Shown here: piece after piece, positions 35,466-46,900 of the stretch
How positions within the stretch are numbered: position 1 is the stretch's first letter
How the letters are laid out: each line of letters begins with the position of its first letter
Source: a virus
Taxonomy: Duplodnaviria; Caudoviricetes
Strand: one strand, 5' to 3'
Length of the DNA stretch: 60,201 nucleotides
IMG/VR virus record: IMGVR_UViG_3300021964_000065
Location: 1 to 60,201 of that record
Program-made: the position numbers and the translations under genes
Notes under the pieces: model-generated
What the model was told of the DNA's origin: nothing
The model's database searches: none
The model's input: only the letters and a program-made list of their open reading frames with translations

Positions 35466-37883
35466 CTATCTGGGGCTAAATTGCTCTAACCCAAATCCCC
35501 CTAATGTATCAAAACTAGATGATTCAAAATCTTTGGGGGGTTTATTGTTTTTTCTTTGATCAATCAACTCAGATTGTTGAGAGGCTTGGATTTTAGTTCT
35601 TTTATCCTTGCGATCTTCTTTATACTCTTCTTTATTGTTAATCACTTGTAAATCTAGTTCTTTAAGCTGCTTGCTTAGTTCAAACTCATACGTCATAAGT
35701 TCTTTTTTATATTGAACTTCATACCCCATTTTTTGAACTTCTAGCTCGTGTTCAGCATTTTTAACTTGTAGTTTTGTTTGAGATAAAGCTTGCTGTTTTT
35801 GTACATCAGCTTGTGCAGCAGCCTGAGCCGCCTGTGCATTAGATTGAGATTGTAATGCAATATTTTCTTTTTGCATTTCCCTATCTTGATTCATTTTCTT
35901 TTTTCTTCTAAGCTTTAATAGCTCATTAGCTAACTTTAAGTTTTTAACATTTCTAATATCAATAGCATCTTCTAAAAATATTTGATCACGTGATAAAGCC
36001 ATTTGAATGTTATTTTCTAATAATTGCTTTTCTTCATCATCAGGTGATAAATCTAAAAATATCCCAAAGTCATGTAAGTGCAATTCTTTTAAATCGTCTA
36101 AAACACCTACATTATATTTACCTATACTTTGAATAAAATTATTTCTAGTACTAGAGTATTCCAATACATCAGATATTCTTAATGCAACTGCTTCCGCTGT
36201 TTTCAATGTTAAATATAAACCGGCTTGTAGTATGTGTCTTGTAGCTGTATTTGAATTAGCAGCAGCTAACTTCTGTAAACCAACTAGTGCATTAGAATCA
36301 GGTTTGCTACCATCTCTTGCTTCATTTAGACCCGTTACATCACGAATCATTTGCAGATAATAATTATAAGAGTTTATTAAGCTAGATATTTTAGCATTGG
36401 CACCCGAAGTTTGCAGTTCTTGAATAGGTACTCTACCATTATTAAACTCGCCATCTTGGTTCATAGATCTACCAATTACTGAACCCGTTTGAAAATACAT
36501 ATTTAATGCTTCCTGCGGATTGTAATTAGTACCATTGCCTAAATCTATTTCAGCAATACCATCTGCATCTAAAAATACACCATCTGGCACCATTCTTGAC
36601 AACACTTGTTGTAATTTTAAATGAGTTAATTGAATCATATCAGCAAACGTAGTCATACGTCCTACTAAAGATTCAATAGCTCCTTTGTAAATTCTAGGTG
36701 CTACAATATTATAACTAAACTGTGCTTTTGTAGTATCAGTTTTTGGCCTTGTCATATTTTCAGCCAATTGCCATTTTAAAAGTTTGTTGTGCCCAATAAC
36801 TTTAGCACCTTCGTATATAACCTCTATTGATCTTGAAACTTTCTTAAACCTAGCTTTGTTGTCCTTAGGTGGGTCAAAAGTATCATCTTTTTTGATCACT
36901 TTGCTTCCGCCAGTACTAGTATCTTTTATTTTATATACTTGATTATTAAAAGTTTTATACTCAAAATACAAAACATACACATAAGAACTATCAGAAGAGT
37001 CTTGAGCATTGTGGGACCTATTATATAAAATGCCATTAGCTCCTTTATCTTCTATTTCTTTTATATCTTCAGTAGTTAAATCTGGATATTGCTTTTTTAA
37101 ATCAACAATAGAAACTCTACGCACCTCACCAACATAATATATATCGTCAAAATAAGGTGATTCGGTATAAGAATAAACAAGATCAGAAGGATCTACATAA
37201 TCTATTTTAATCCCTTCAGCAGTGTTGAAACTGTTTTTACACGAAGACATACCAATGGTTACAGCATCATAATTTAATCTTCTTTGTAAAAGATCATATT
37301 TATTATGGTCAAGAACATTGTTTATAGCTTCTTCTTCGGCAATCTCAATAGACTGCTTGTATTCAAGCTGCATGTGTAACTCTAATTCTTCTTCTGTTTC
37401 AGGAAGCTTTTCTTTATCATTCTCATACACATCAATACCTAACTGTGCTTGAATTTGATCAGATATCTCTCTTGTTTGCATATCCTTCAACATGGATTCT
37501 ACATAGCTACTTCTTTTCTTTATAGAAGCTGGATCCTGAGAATATGCTTTAATATCATAAGCTCTTTCAGACATACCATTAACTACAATATCAACAAACT
37601 TTGGTATAATTGGAACAGGCTTCCAATCTAAATTAAGATAAGACAAATCACCATTAATAGATAATTCATCTTTATATTTTTGAATAGACTGTTCACCTCT
37701 TGCGTATAGTCTTAATCTGTGAAAATTATCTCTACTTGCAAAGTAACGCATTGTCCCAGAGTCTCTCTTGAACCATTCGCTTTCAATTGCCCGCGCTATT
37801 TCTAAACCATATGCATTTGCTTTTTTTTCAGAATCTGAAACCGCTTGGCTCGGAAATATACCTTTTGTTTGAGTTTTTAACAT
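35466..37883 (-). CDS. portal protein
   Basis: 805 aa directly after terminase; P.IIPKFVDIVVNG, IRDVTG.NEARDG; Q-rich C-terminal barrel. Confidence 0.85.
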   Translation of the reverse strand: MLKTQTKGIFPSQAVSDSEKKANAYGLEIARAIESEWFKRDSGTMRYFASRDNFHRLRLYARGEQSIQKYKDELSINGDLSYLNLDWKPVPIIPKFVDIVVNGMSERAYDIKAYSQDPASIKKRSSYVESMLKDMQTREISDQIQAQLGIDVYENDKEKLPETEEELELHMQLEYKQSIEIAEEEAINNVLDHNKYDLLQRRLNYDAVTIGMSSCKNSFNTAEGIKIDYVDPSDLVYSYTESPYFDDIYYVGEVRRVSIVDLKKQYPDLTTEDIKEIEDKGANGILYNRSHNAQDSSDSSYVYVLYFEYKTFNNQVYKIKDTSTGGSKVIKKDDTFDPPKDNKARFKKVSRSIEVIYEGAKVIGHNKLLKWQLAENMTRPKTDTTKAQFSYNIVAPRIYKGAIESLVGRMTTFADMIQLTHLKLQQVLSRMVPDGVFLDADGIAEIDLGNGTNYNPQEALNMYFQTGSVIGRSMNQDGEFNNGRVPIQELQTSGANAKISSLINSYNYYLQMIRDVTGLNEARDGSKPDSNALVGLQKLAAANSNTATRHILQAGLYLTLKTAEAVALRISDVLEYSSTRNNFIQSIGKYNVGVLDDLKELHLHDFGIFLDLSPDDEEKQLLENNIQMALSRDQIFLEDAIDIRNVKNLKLANELLKLRRKKKMNQDREMQKENIALQSQSNAQAAQAAAQADVQKQQALSQTKLQVKNAEHELEVQKMGYEVQYKKELMTYEFELSKQLKELDLQVINNKEEYKEDRKDKRTKIQASQQSELIDQRKNNKPPKDFESSSFDTLGGFGLEQFSPR

Positions 37884-40091
37884 TTATTTTATTATTTTTG
37901 AAGCATTACCCTGGTTGTTGTATTTTTTAAAACCAAAATCTAATACTTTTTTTGTAGTATTTGCTTTAGGTTGATATGAATGTTTATTACAAGCTATAAT
38001 AGCTAGTCCTGAACTAATAGAGGCATCAAATTTAGTTCTATTATTAATATTAAATTTAGACCAATCATTCAACGTATTATTGAAATATATATTCCCGTAA
38101 TCACCGTTTTCTTGCAAGCCAACATAATTTTCTATATAAGTTTCAATTGCAGCTGCGTGCACTTGCTTTATATCCTCTGAGGAGTTAGGCATTCCCCCAA
38201 TCTCTTTTTCAGTGACAGATAATTTGTTTATTAATTTATCTGGTCTATTCATTGAAAACCCTCTATATCCTCTTCTTTTTAAATAATATAATAGTCTTGG
38301 TTTATTGTTTTCCGCAAGTATAGGCATCCCATAAAATACTAAAGACATCAAAACGTCTTCAAAAAATATTTCAGCGGTTTGAGGCCTAGCAATGTATTCT
38401 AAAAAAAACGTATTAGCTGGAGCATTTTCCATACTAAATTTAGTTAGCCCGTGAAGAGCTCCTTTTGATCCATTGCCGTCAGTTGTTCCTGATATATCAT
38501 ATGAGTCACATCCGAATGCTCCCATGTGTTCATTACCAGGGTATCTGCCTCCATTTTTTAGTATTACACGGTTTTGCAAATTTAAAGTTGGAATCCATGA
38601 AATATTAAACCTTCCGTCCTTACTTGGATAAAATATTACTTTAGTATCTTTAATACCATTTTCCCATTGAAAATTTCCTTTAACAACAGCCCTTGTAGAT
38701 AGTGTGCCATCATTATAATCTATTTGTTCGTATATTTTTGTTAAATTAAATATACTGTTTTTGCTTTCATCACGAAATGCATGCTCTTCAGATCTTGGGA
38801 ATTGCCTATAGAATTCATTTAAACCGTTTTTATCATTCTTAAGTCCTTCTGCTTCGTTTTCCCAAAACTCAATAACACCTATATCTATGTACTCATTATC
38901 GTTTCCAACAACGGGTTTTTCTGGTGTATCAAATACAGGGTATCCATAAGAATCAATGTATCCTTCGTAGTTCCATTCCATAGGAATGAACAAACTATAT
39001 AATCCCGAGCTAGTCTGTCCATTGCGATTTCGTTTTGTAACATCTGATGCTTTGTATAATTTTTTAAAATTTTCACCACCTTTGTCTAAAGCGTTTGATG
39101 TTGAGCCCATTAAACATTTACCTATTATCTTACTACCTAGTCTTAGTGTAGTTTTAGTAACTCTCCAATTGTTTAATATGTTGTCAGGCTTTTCCCATTT
39201 CCCTGATTCATCATGAACTAATAACTTAAGTTTTTCTCCATCATAGCTGTTATCACCTGTGTTTTTCCAATCTATTGTTGTATCAAGGCCTTCGAGTTGT
39301 GTACGGGTCTCGCTGGAAGTGATGGATTTCCTGGTGAGCTTTGAGGCTGGAACACGGAAGGCAAGTTCCGTTTTGGGGCGGTCCATTCCGTCCTGTATTG
39401 GTTTGAAAAAGAATGGATAGTTGATGGATATTGGGACCACCTTGTCTGTAAACATCTTCTTTGCATCAGATCCCGTTTTTGATAATATTCCAAACCTTGC
39501 ATCGGAAGTAATGGTAGCCTCATGTACTGTTTCGGAACTGGACATAAAAGAAAATCCCGAGCGCCTATTCTTAAGGTAACACATTCCGTAGCATCTTTTA
39601 TCTGCTTTGCAAGCTTCCCAGAAAATGAAGAATAATCTATTTGCTTCTCTAAAGTCTGGTTTCCCAACATCAATTTTGGACCACTGCAGGTACATATAAT
39701 GGGAACCAGTAATATAAGTAGGTACGTTTTTGTTTTTAAACCAAAAACCTTCTTCACGCCTTGTAAACTCTTTATTAATATATCCATACCACTTTTCTTT
39801 AAATTCTTCTGAGTATTTTTCCCAATCAAAAATAGTTTTAATATTTTTTAACTCTTTAGGATATTCATTTGGTACCCATCTATTATTAATTGTAGAAACG
39901 CCCTTAGGTTTTGGAAGAGCAATTTTTAAATTTTGTATTTCATATATATCTCCAATTTCACCTGTATGGCTTATTACAATAACGTCATGCTCTTGATTAT
40001 ACCCATACTTCCAAGCTTTTTTCTTATTAAGTCTGTCCATTGTGGTTAACTTAATTGGCTCAATTATTTTTAATAACTTTTGCTCGTACAT
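37884..40091 (-). CDS. terminase large subunit
   Basis: KNRRSGFS Walker A variant, HDESGK Walker B, GCDSYD and D..ISSG nuclease motifs. Confidence 0.88.
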   Translation of the reverse strand: MYEQKLLKIIEPIKLTTMDRLNKKKAWKYGYNQEHDVIVISHTGEIGDIYEIQNLKIALPKPKGVSTINNRWVPNEYPKELKNIKTIFDWEKYSEEFKEKWYGYINKEFTRREEGFWFKNKNVPTYITGSHYMYLQWSKIDVGKPDFREANRLFFIFWEACKADKRCYGMCYLKNRRSGFSFMSSSETVHEATITSDARFGILSKTGSDAKKMFTDKVVPISINYPFFFKPIQDGMDRPKTELAFRVPASKLTRKSITSSETRTQLEGLDTTIDWKNTGDNSYDGEKLKLLVHDESGKWEKPDNILNNWRVTKTTLRLGSKIIGKCLMGSTSNALDKGGENFKKLYKASDVTKRNRNGQTSSGLYSLFIPMEWNYEGYIDSYGYPVFDTPEKPVVGNDNEYIDIGVIEFWENEAEGLKNDKNGLNEFYRQFPRSEEHAFRDESKNSIFNLTKIYEQIDYNDGTLSTRAVVKGNFQWENGIKDTKVIFYPSKDGRFNISWIPTLNLQNRVILKNGGRYPGNEHMGAFGCDSYDISGTTDGNGSKGALHGLTKFSMENAPANTFFLEYIARPQTAEIFFEDVLMSLVFYGMPILAENNKPRLLYYLKRRGYRGFSMNRPDKLINKLSVTEKEIGGMPNSSEDIKQVHAAAIETYIENYVGLQENGDYGNIYFNNTLNDWSKFNINNRTKFDASISSGLAIIACNKHSYQPKANTTKKVLDFGFKKYNNQGNASKIIK

Positions 40092-40369
40092 TACTTAGAT
40101 CTTTTTTCAGCAAAACCACTAAAAGATTTTTCTTCTTTTTGCAATGTTTTGTTTTCTAGCATTGCTTTTTCTAACTCTATACGATTAAGTATTTCAAAAG
40201 CATCAAATATTGCTAATTTTTTTGTGGCAGCTGCATTTTTTAATCTGTCAGCGGCTAATTCATCTTCAGCACCATCTACTATAATTTCTTCCTCAGCAAC
40301 TTTTATTAGCTCTTCAACTGCTTTGTACCCAGACTGGATTATACGGTTCTTCTGTTCCTTTGCTGTCAT
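40091..40369 (-). CDS. probable terminase small subunit
   Basis: Small helical protein directly upstream of TerL. Confidence 0.55.
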   Translation of the reverse strand: MTAKEQKNRIIQSGYKAVEELIKVAEEEIIVDGAEDELAADRLKNAAATKKLAIFDAFEILNRIELEKAMLENKTLQKEEKSFSGFAEKRSK

Positions 40370-40910
40370 ATTTAATAGTAATAGATTGTATTGGTACTCT
40401 ATATAATCGTTTATCTTCTATAATAAACTCATATTCTGATTCAGGTGAAAAACCTACTAGGGTATTTTTGCTATACACGCCACTAGAATACGTTACAAAG
40501 CCTTTTAAGGGTTCTTCAGTATCTTCTGATATAATAGTATCAATTTGCTTTTTAATCGGCTGTACAAAGCAAAAACCTTCTGTAGCTTTCCACTTGCTGT
40601 TTTGTTTATATAAAAATATTTGATCTAAGTAACAAAAGTACAAATCATCTTTAAAATAATTTGTACTGTCTTTTTCATTACCGCGTACATCATAAAATCT
40701 TCTAAAAATATTATGATGCACTATGATTTCATCACCTACTTTTATATTTGTTTTTAAAGCTTTAGGAATAGATACAACAATAGCATTTCTACTGACAAAC
40801 TTATGATCCTCTATAGAGGTGTTTAGTATTAAACTTTTGTCTTGTATTTTTTTTGTATTATTATATCTATTCTCTTTAGGCTTTATTATGAAAGAATAAA
40901 TGCTATTCAT
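40314..40910 (-). CDS. GroES-like fold protein
   Basis: FIIKP...A.VVS.P...IKVGDEIIV and a second FV.P...G.V...VGF....EY unit. Confidence 0.5.
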   Translation of the reverse strand: MNSIYSFIIKPKENRYNNTKKIQDKSLILNTSIEDHKFVSRNAIVVSIPKALKTNIKVGDEIIVHHNIFRRFYDVRGNEKDSTNYFKDDLYFCYLDQIFLYKQNSKWKATEGFCFVQPIKKQIDTIISEDTEEPLKGFVTYSSGVYSKNTLVGFSPESEYEFIIEDKRLYRVPIQSITIKYDSKGTEEPYNPVWVQSS

Positions 40911-41124
40911 AGTTTAAATTAAATTCAATACTAACCGCCATATTTTTATTAAAAGATTTCCATGGTAGTACTTCATTATTCTTAACTATATATACTACAT
41001 AATTTTCTTCTTTTTCTAAAATATCGCATATCTTATGGCCTCCGTATACTTCTTGTCCTACTGCATAATGCATTGCGTCATTCTTATAGTCTCTGCCTAT
41101 AGATATTTTTCGTATTAAATTCAC
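40903..41124 (-). CDS. hypothetical protein
   Basis: Packed ORF (IRKISIGRDYKNDAMHY). Confidence 0.65.
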   Translation of the reverse strand: MNLIRKISIGRDYKNDAMHYAVGQEVYGGHKICDILEKEENYVVYIVKNNEVLPWKSFNKNMAVSIEFNLNYE

Positions 41125-41137
41125 TTTAAATTATTTT

Positions 41138-41416
41138 TTATTCTGCAACAAGTAACTCAGGTTCCGCTTGCTCTTCTTCAACAGGGGTTAATTCGCCTGT
41201 ATTTATATCTAATGTAGACTTTCCATGCTCTTCTTCAATTTCTTTTACAATTTCATTCATTTTATTTTGAATGACAGAGTACTCTGAAAGTAAGGCGTTT
41301 TTTTGAAAACTGTATTGCATTTCTAAATCTCCAAGACTATTTTTGATTTTTTCAATTGCTGAATAGTTTTCTTGAACTTTTTTAAGTTCTTTTTCTGATA
41401 ATTTTTGTTTTTCCAT
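41138..41416 (-). CDS. coiled-coil hypothetical protein
   Basis: Heptad pattern; ends I.TGE. Confidence 0.65.
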   Translation of the reverse strand: MEKQKLSEKELKKVQENYSAIEKIKNSLGDLEMQYSFQKNALLSEYSVIQNKMNEIVKEIEEEHGKSTLDINTGELTPVEEEQAEPELLVAE

Positions 41417-41459
41417 TTTATTAAATATTAATTAATTGTTATATAGTATATTACGAATA

Positions 41460-41813
41460 TTATTCATTATTTATGTCTTCAACTATTTCGTTTGTAGCTC
41501 CTATTGTTTTTGTAACTACTGTAGGATTTACTTGCTCTGCAATTTGAGCATCTATACTAGTTTTTAATTCAGCAACTCTTTCTTCTCCTAATGCTGTTTC
41601 AACCCATCCATTAATATCTTCTTCTGTAATATCAACAAATGCTGTAAAATTAGAAAGGTCTGAAGTTTCTAAAGATTGGGTTCCGTAAGTGCTACCTACG
41701 TTTCCATTTTCGTCTTCTCCTGTAAGTCTCCAATGAACATTAAAGATTACGTCGTTATTACCCTCTAGTGTAGGGTAAGTATCTACTGTTTTGTTATTCC
41801 AAGTGTAAGTCAT
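41460..41813 (-). CDS. tail-fibre-associated protein, paralog of 43568-43912
   Basis: TY.W....P.LEG..DVI...W..TG...FT....TE.D...WV shared. Confidence 0.65.
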   Translation of the reverse strand: MTYTWNNKTVDTYPTLEGNNDVIFNVHWRLTGEDENGNVGSTYGTQSLETSDLSNFTAFVDITEEDINGWVETALGEERVAELKTSIDAQIAEQVNPTVVTKTIGATNEIVEDINNE

Positions 41814-41870
41814 TATTTATTTATTTATTTATTTGTAAAAATTTTTAAATTATATCATTATAATTTGGTT

Positions 41871-41889
41871 GTAAGGGGCTAGTGTCATA
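41871..41889 (-). promoter_or_regulatory. half-site of the inverted-repeat operator family
   Basis: Minus strand TATGACACTAGCCCCTTAC versus TGCGACGATAGCCCCCTAC at 56171. Confidence 0.45.
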
Positions 41890-41936
41890 AGGTATATAAT
41901 CTCTTATTTCTTTTATTAAATTCATATTTTATTATT

Positions 41937-43055
41937 TTATGCTATAGCCCAATAAAAATAACTTTGACCAGACCTATTTAATTCATATGATGACGATGTT
42001 ACTGAAAACCCCGTTGAAGTAAAACTAACACCTGAAACAGTATTTGAAGTAGTGGAGTTATCAATTTCAAAAGCAGCGCCCGATCCCCTAGTGGAATCAA
42101 ATAATTTCCAAGACTCATTACCCGTTCCTAAAGTATGGCACTTAATTACTAAAAATCTAGGCTGAAAACCTGTATTAATAGCACGAGTGCCGCTATTGCC
42201 GCTATAACCTCCTATATTTTGATACCCACTAATATTTGTAAAGCAATAAGCCATCATTGTCTTACCTGAACCATTTACTGAAGAGCTACTATTTACGGTA
42301 AAAACACTAGATGTTGGTGCTGTATTATTCCACCTACCACCTATAACAGAGTACCAACCGTCATCATCGTGTAAATTTAAATAACCAGCAGCTCCAATAG
42401 CTGAAGTGTAAACGTCTGTGCCTACACTTTGATTTGAATTCATTACAATAATTAACCGTGGTACTGCACCTAAACCGTGACCTACTCTTGTTGGGTTTGT
42501 CCCTGTCCCTGTCCACTTAACAATACTAAATCCTCCAGCCTGGTTAGCTCTAACTGAAGAAGTAACTGTGCCGCTTGTATTACTCACGGTACTATTTGAA
42601 CCTTTCCAACAATAAGACATATAATTAAACCCCGTGTCATTATATAAAAGGCCCCCTGCGTCCCCACTACCTATAGTATAACTACTAGAATTAAAACTTG
42701 TTAATTGATTGCTCCTACCAGTTATAATATTACCCCCTGAACCACCTGGAAAACGCAATTCATCAGCCCCCAAAAGCGCATCAAACCAACCATGATCTCC
42801 CGTACCAATTTTTTTAGACCAAACTAAATCAGGTCTAAATCCTGTAGATATATTACGTGATACACCATTTCCAGAATAATTAATTATTTTAAAATGATCA
42901 GATGGAGTAAAAGAACTATATCCATAAAATTCACTTATAGCATCAGGAGTTGATTTACCAGCAGCAGCCGATAAAGTTCTTAAAGAACCACTTGAGCTAC
43001 CTAATTCTGTTCTTATGTCATCTATAGATAAAGGTCCACTACTTGGTAAAGCCAT
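41937..43055 (-). CDS. tail fibre tip / receptor-binding protein
   Basis: MALPSSG.LS..DI..E N-terminus; repeated Y.GNG....TGF.P....K and HGLG..P motifs. Confidence 0.65.
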   Translation of the reverse strand: MALPSSGPLSIDDIRTELGSSSGSLRTLSAAAGKSTPDAISEFYGYSSFTPSDHFKIINYSGNGVSRNISTGFRPDLVWSKKIGTGDHGWFDALLGADELRFPGGSGGNIITGRSNQLTSFNSSSYTIGSGDAGGLLYNDTGFNYMSYCWKGSNSTVSNTSGTVTSSVRANQAGGFSIVKWTGTGTNPTRVGHGLGAVPRLIIVMNSNQSVGTDVYTSAIGAAGYLNLHDDDGWYSVIGGRWNNTAPTSSVFTVNSSSSVNGSGKTMMAYCFTNISGYQNIGGYSGNSGTRAINTGFQPRFLVIKCHTLGTGNESWKLFDSTRGSGAAFEIDNSTTSNTVSGVSFTSTGFSVTSSSYELNRSGQSYFYWAIA

Positions 43056-43064
43056 AATAATATA

Positions 43065-43598
43065 TTATAGCTCATATAAAGCTATATCTCTTTTTGTTGT
43101 TAAAGCATTAACTTCAGTTTCTTTACTAGAACACTCTGTTCTTAATGCTGCTCTAGAATCTAAAATAGATTGATCAGTAGCTTGATTTAATTCTTTATCT
43201 CTAATTATAACCCAATCTGTTTCAGATAGTTTTTGGTTATATAAATATTTCAAACCTTGTATTTTTTCAGCTTTCATTTCTTTTAATGTTGATGACCATT
43301 CAATGTCAACAACCGTAGCTTCAAAAATATTATTAGTAGTATTAAATGTTATTTCTGATATTGTTTGAATTGCTGTATCATACTCAGGCTTTGTATAAGG
43401 ATAGAAACCAAAAGATTCCCATTCTTCTTGTGTTAAAGACTCACCGCCCCAATAGCTTACTCCAACGGTAAAATCATTTTCATAGCCTTCTATTATTTGA
43501 AAAGGCTTTGGAGAGTTGCCGTCATAAACAACAACTTCTCCGTTTTCTATTCTAGCCTTAACTGTCATTATTCTGGTATTTGTTCTGCGGGTGCCCAT
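43065..43598 (-). CDS. tail fibre assembly chaperone-like protein
   Basis: N.KL..TDW...R...R.ALR motif. Confidence 0.6.
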   Translation of the reverse strand: MGTRRTNTRIMTVKARIENGEVVVYDGNSPKPFQIIEGYENDFTVGVSYWGGESLTQEEWESFGFYPYTKPEYDTAIQTISEITFNTTNNIFEATVVDIEWSSTLKEMKAEKIQGLKYLYNQKLSETDWVIIRDKELNQATDQSILDSRAALRTECSSKETEVNALTTKRDIALYEL

Positions 43599-43912
43599 GG
43601 CATATCTGCTTCTACGTTAGTCGGAGATACTTTTTGGGTAATTGCTTTTGTGATAACTTCATTCATATGATCTGTAGGATGATTTGCTTTTACCCACTCA
43701 ATAACATCTGCTTCTGTTAAAGAAGCTAACTCTGTAAAGTTTTCCGTATCAGGCAAGCCAATAGGGCAAGCTCCAGGAAAAACGTGTGTTTCTCCAGAAT
43801 CTGCATCTGTACCCGTATAATCAAATCTAATATGTGTGATAACATCTGACAACCCCTCAAGCACTGGTGCTTTTTTCATAGCCGTTATTTTCCAATCGTA
43901 TGTAATATTCAT
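43568..43912 (-). CDS. tail-fibre-associated protein, paralog of 41460-41813
   Basis: Shared motif; ends in a PW motif. Confidence 0.65.
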   Translation of the reverse strand: MNITYDWKITAMKKAPVLEGLSDVITHIRFDYTGTDADSGETHVFPGACPIGLPDTENFTELASLTEADVIEWVKANHPTDHMNEVITKAITQKVSPTNVEADMPWAPAEQIPE

Positions 43913-43936
43913 AATACTTATTTAAAATTTTAATAA

Positions 43937-46900
43937 TTATTTATTTTCTAATGCTTTAACTTTATCTGAAAGTTCTTTTATTGCTTCAATAAGCAAAGGT
44001 ACTAATTTTTCGTATTTAACAGCCTTATATCCGTTATCTCTTGTGCTTACTAATTCAGGTGCGATTTTTTCAACTTCTTGTGCAATGACTCCAATGTCAT
44101 GCCCCTCATAAACATCTTGCTTATCATTCCAATCAAACTCAACACCATTTAATGACTCTACTTTTTCAAGAGCATTATTAATATTCTTTTTATTATCTTT
44201 TAATCTTTCATCTGATGATGAATAAGCTACAACATCACCATTAAAATGAGCGTTTCCTGTTCCAGAAATACTAGCTACTAGATTTGTGCCGTGCTTAAAT
44301 ATCCAACCCCTAGATGTGGACCCGTTCATAGTGAAATAAGTAGCCCAATCACTTGTTACAGAGCCGTGTGTTCCAGATCCAGCAGTTCCAGTGAAAGCCA
44401 AGCCGTATGCTGGCATACCAGTTGTTTGAGTACCGTGAAGAGATATACCGTGTTTGGAGGTGGATGAAGCTGCTGAATTAACAGAAATACCAGCATAAAA
44501 CCTAGCTTGATTTAAATTACTAGCGCTCGCGGGATTGCAATAATATGAGGTATCATTAGAATCGTAGAAGATAGGGGATCTGAATGAGTTTGCTGCGTAA
44601 ACATACCCTGCATTTCCTGGTAATAAATTTACTGATGATATTAAAGCTGTTCCTCCTTGCCCAATATTTATTTGAGCAGATGTGTCAAACTGTAATATAC
44701 TTCTTAAATAACTACCATCATCATTATATATTCTAAACCCACGGTCTATAATAAGAGCTGCATCAGTAACCGAATCAACTCCTGATGAATAAGTACTTCC
44801 TTTTAAAGCAATACTACTCATATTGGATATCCCAGCTGGATTTACATAATAACCAGTATTATCAGAATCGTAGAAGATGGTTCCACGTATATCTCCGTTA
44901 ACGTGTAGCTTACCCGAAGGACTCACAATTCCTATCCCTACGTTGCCTCCAAAAGGACTTAAAGCTAAGTCCCAGTTAGCTGTTGCTGGGCCATTAGTAA
45001 CCTGTAGTCCTATCCCATTACCTCCGTTTACCTGTGCAAATAGTAAATTTGTAGAGTTAGTAGCATGTGGCTGTAATTTTAAAACAGCTTCTGATAGCAT
45101 TGATGCTTTACTTGTAGCATCACCTCCGCTAGAGTTATAAACGTGTAACTTAGCGCCTGGACTAGTAGTCCCTATACCTACGTTGCCTGCAGAGTCAATA
45201 CGCATACGTTCTGTGCTATTAGTTCCAAGCAGCAAATCAAAAGCACCAACCGTTGTAATTGCTGTTTTTGAATTACTAGTAATAGCTGAACCATTAGCAC
45301 CAACATTTAAATAAGTACCTCCTGAATATGCTGAACTGTAAATTACAGTTTCTATACCTTTGGAATTATCATTTTTAATTTGATGGATATTCGCAGAAGT
45401 AGTTGATGTTATATTAGATAAAAAAGTATTTGAGTTAGGAGCAGTAATTACAAGTTTAGCACTCGGACTACTCGTGCCTATTCCAACGTTGCCTGAACTA
45501 TATAAAGCCTGGACTGAGGTACCACGAGATATAAAATCAAGACTAGCATAATCAGTACCTGAAGCGGAACCGGCTGATAAAGTACCTGTATATACTGTTG
45601 TAGATGCGTTATATCCTAATAGCCAGTCATGATAAACGTTGAATGATAAACCATTACTGTTAGAAGCACAATAAATTTCTAAATAATATTTACCATCACT
45701 ACTATCCAGTCTAATTTTAGCTTGTGAGATGTACCCACTCGCACCGTATTTTTCTAATTTTACAGTAGTTACGTCAGTCCAGTTTTTATAGTACTTTATT
45801 ACATAAGTTACAGGTGTGAAACTACCCCCTGTAAAACTTAAAGTAAATATACCTCCTCCTCTAGTATCTACTTTAGCTAATTTATACCATCCTGCTGAAT
45901 TAGCGGGTGTTGCGGCTCCTCCAATTGCGTTGTGATAAAAGCCTGATGAGTATACCTTTGATGTACTATATATAGTCCCAGCAACATAAAGTTTTTGAGT
46001 AGGATTATTAGTCCCTATCCCAACGTTGCCACTCGAATCTATTCGCAGGCGTTCGTGAAATATATTTACAGTATCCCTTGTATGGATTCTAAATCCACCA
46101 CCATATCCTGCACCTCCACCATCAGCAAAGCCATCAATATAAAATCTTTGATTATTACCGTTACCTCCATTAGAACGCATATAAAATTTTGGACTTCCTG
46201 CTGCTCCTAGAGTTACGTCTCCACTCGAATCAATACGCATTCGTTCGGTTCCTGCGGTTTCGAAAATGACCCTTCCCGCACCATCAGTAACACCTACTCC
46301 GTTGTGGTGTAGACCACCTTCAATAATAACATCTCCTGCCCTTATTCCTAGACCAGTATTCACACGCCCTAATCCTGCTGATATTCTTACATTACCCCCT
46401 TGTTGGGCTTGTCCAGATGTTCCAGTAGGTTCAGCATTAGCTCCTTTTATTAGCAATTCTCTTGCTGTTGTAGAATATGGGTTTGTTGGAGATTGTTGTA
46501 TACCGATAGTAGAAGTTCCAGTAGTAGAGTATGGAAAATTAATATTTCCATTTACAGTTAATTTAGCACTAGGACTCGTAGTACCTATTCCTACGTTGCC
46601 ACTCGAATCTATGCGCATTTTTTCGCTTCCATTTCTTGAAAAGCGAACATAGCCCGAAGCATAATCAAGCGTTATTGGATAACCTGAGTCAATTAGAAAT
46701 CCATCAGTAGTACGATTATCATAAGTAATACCTGCTGAAGCAAAAACTGTTGAATCACTATTAAAAGTCCACTGTATATCACCTTTTGTTCCAGCTATTC
46801 CTGCTTTTATTTTTAAGTTAGCATTTGAAGCATCAAGAATTGCATTTCCAAAAACTTCAAGTTTTTCAGTAGGACTCGTAGTCCCTATCCCAACGTTGCC

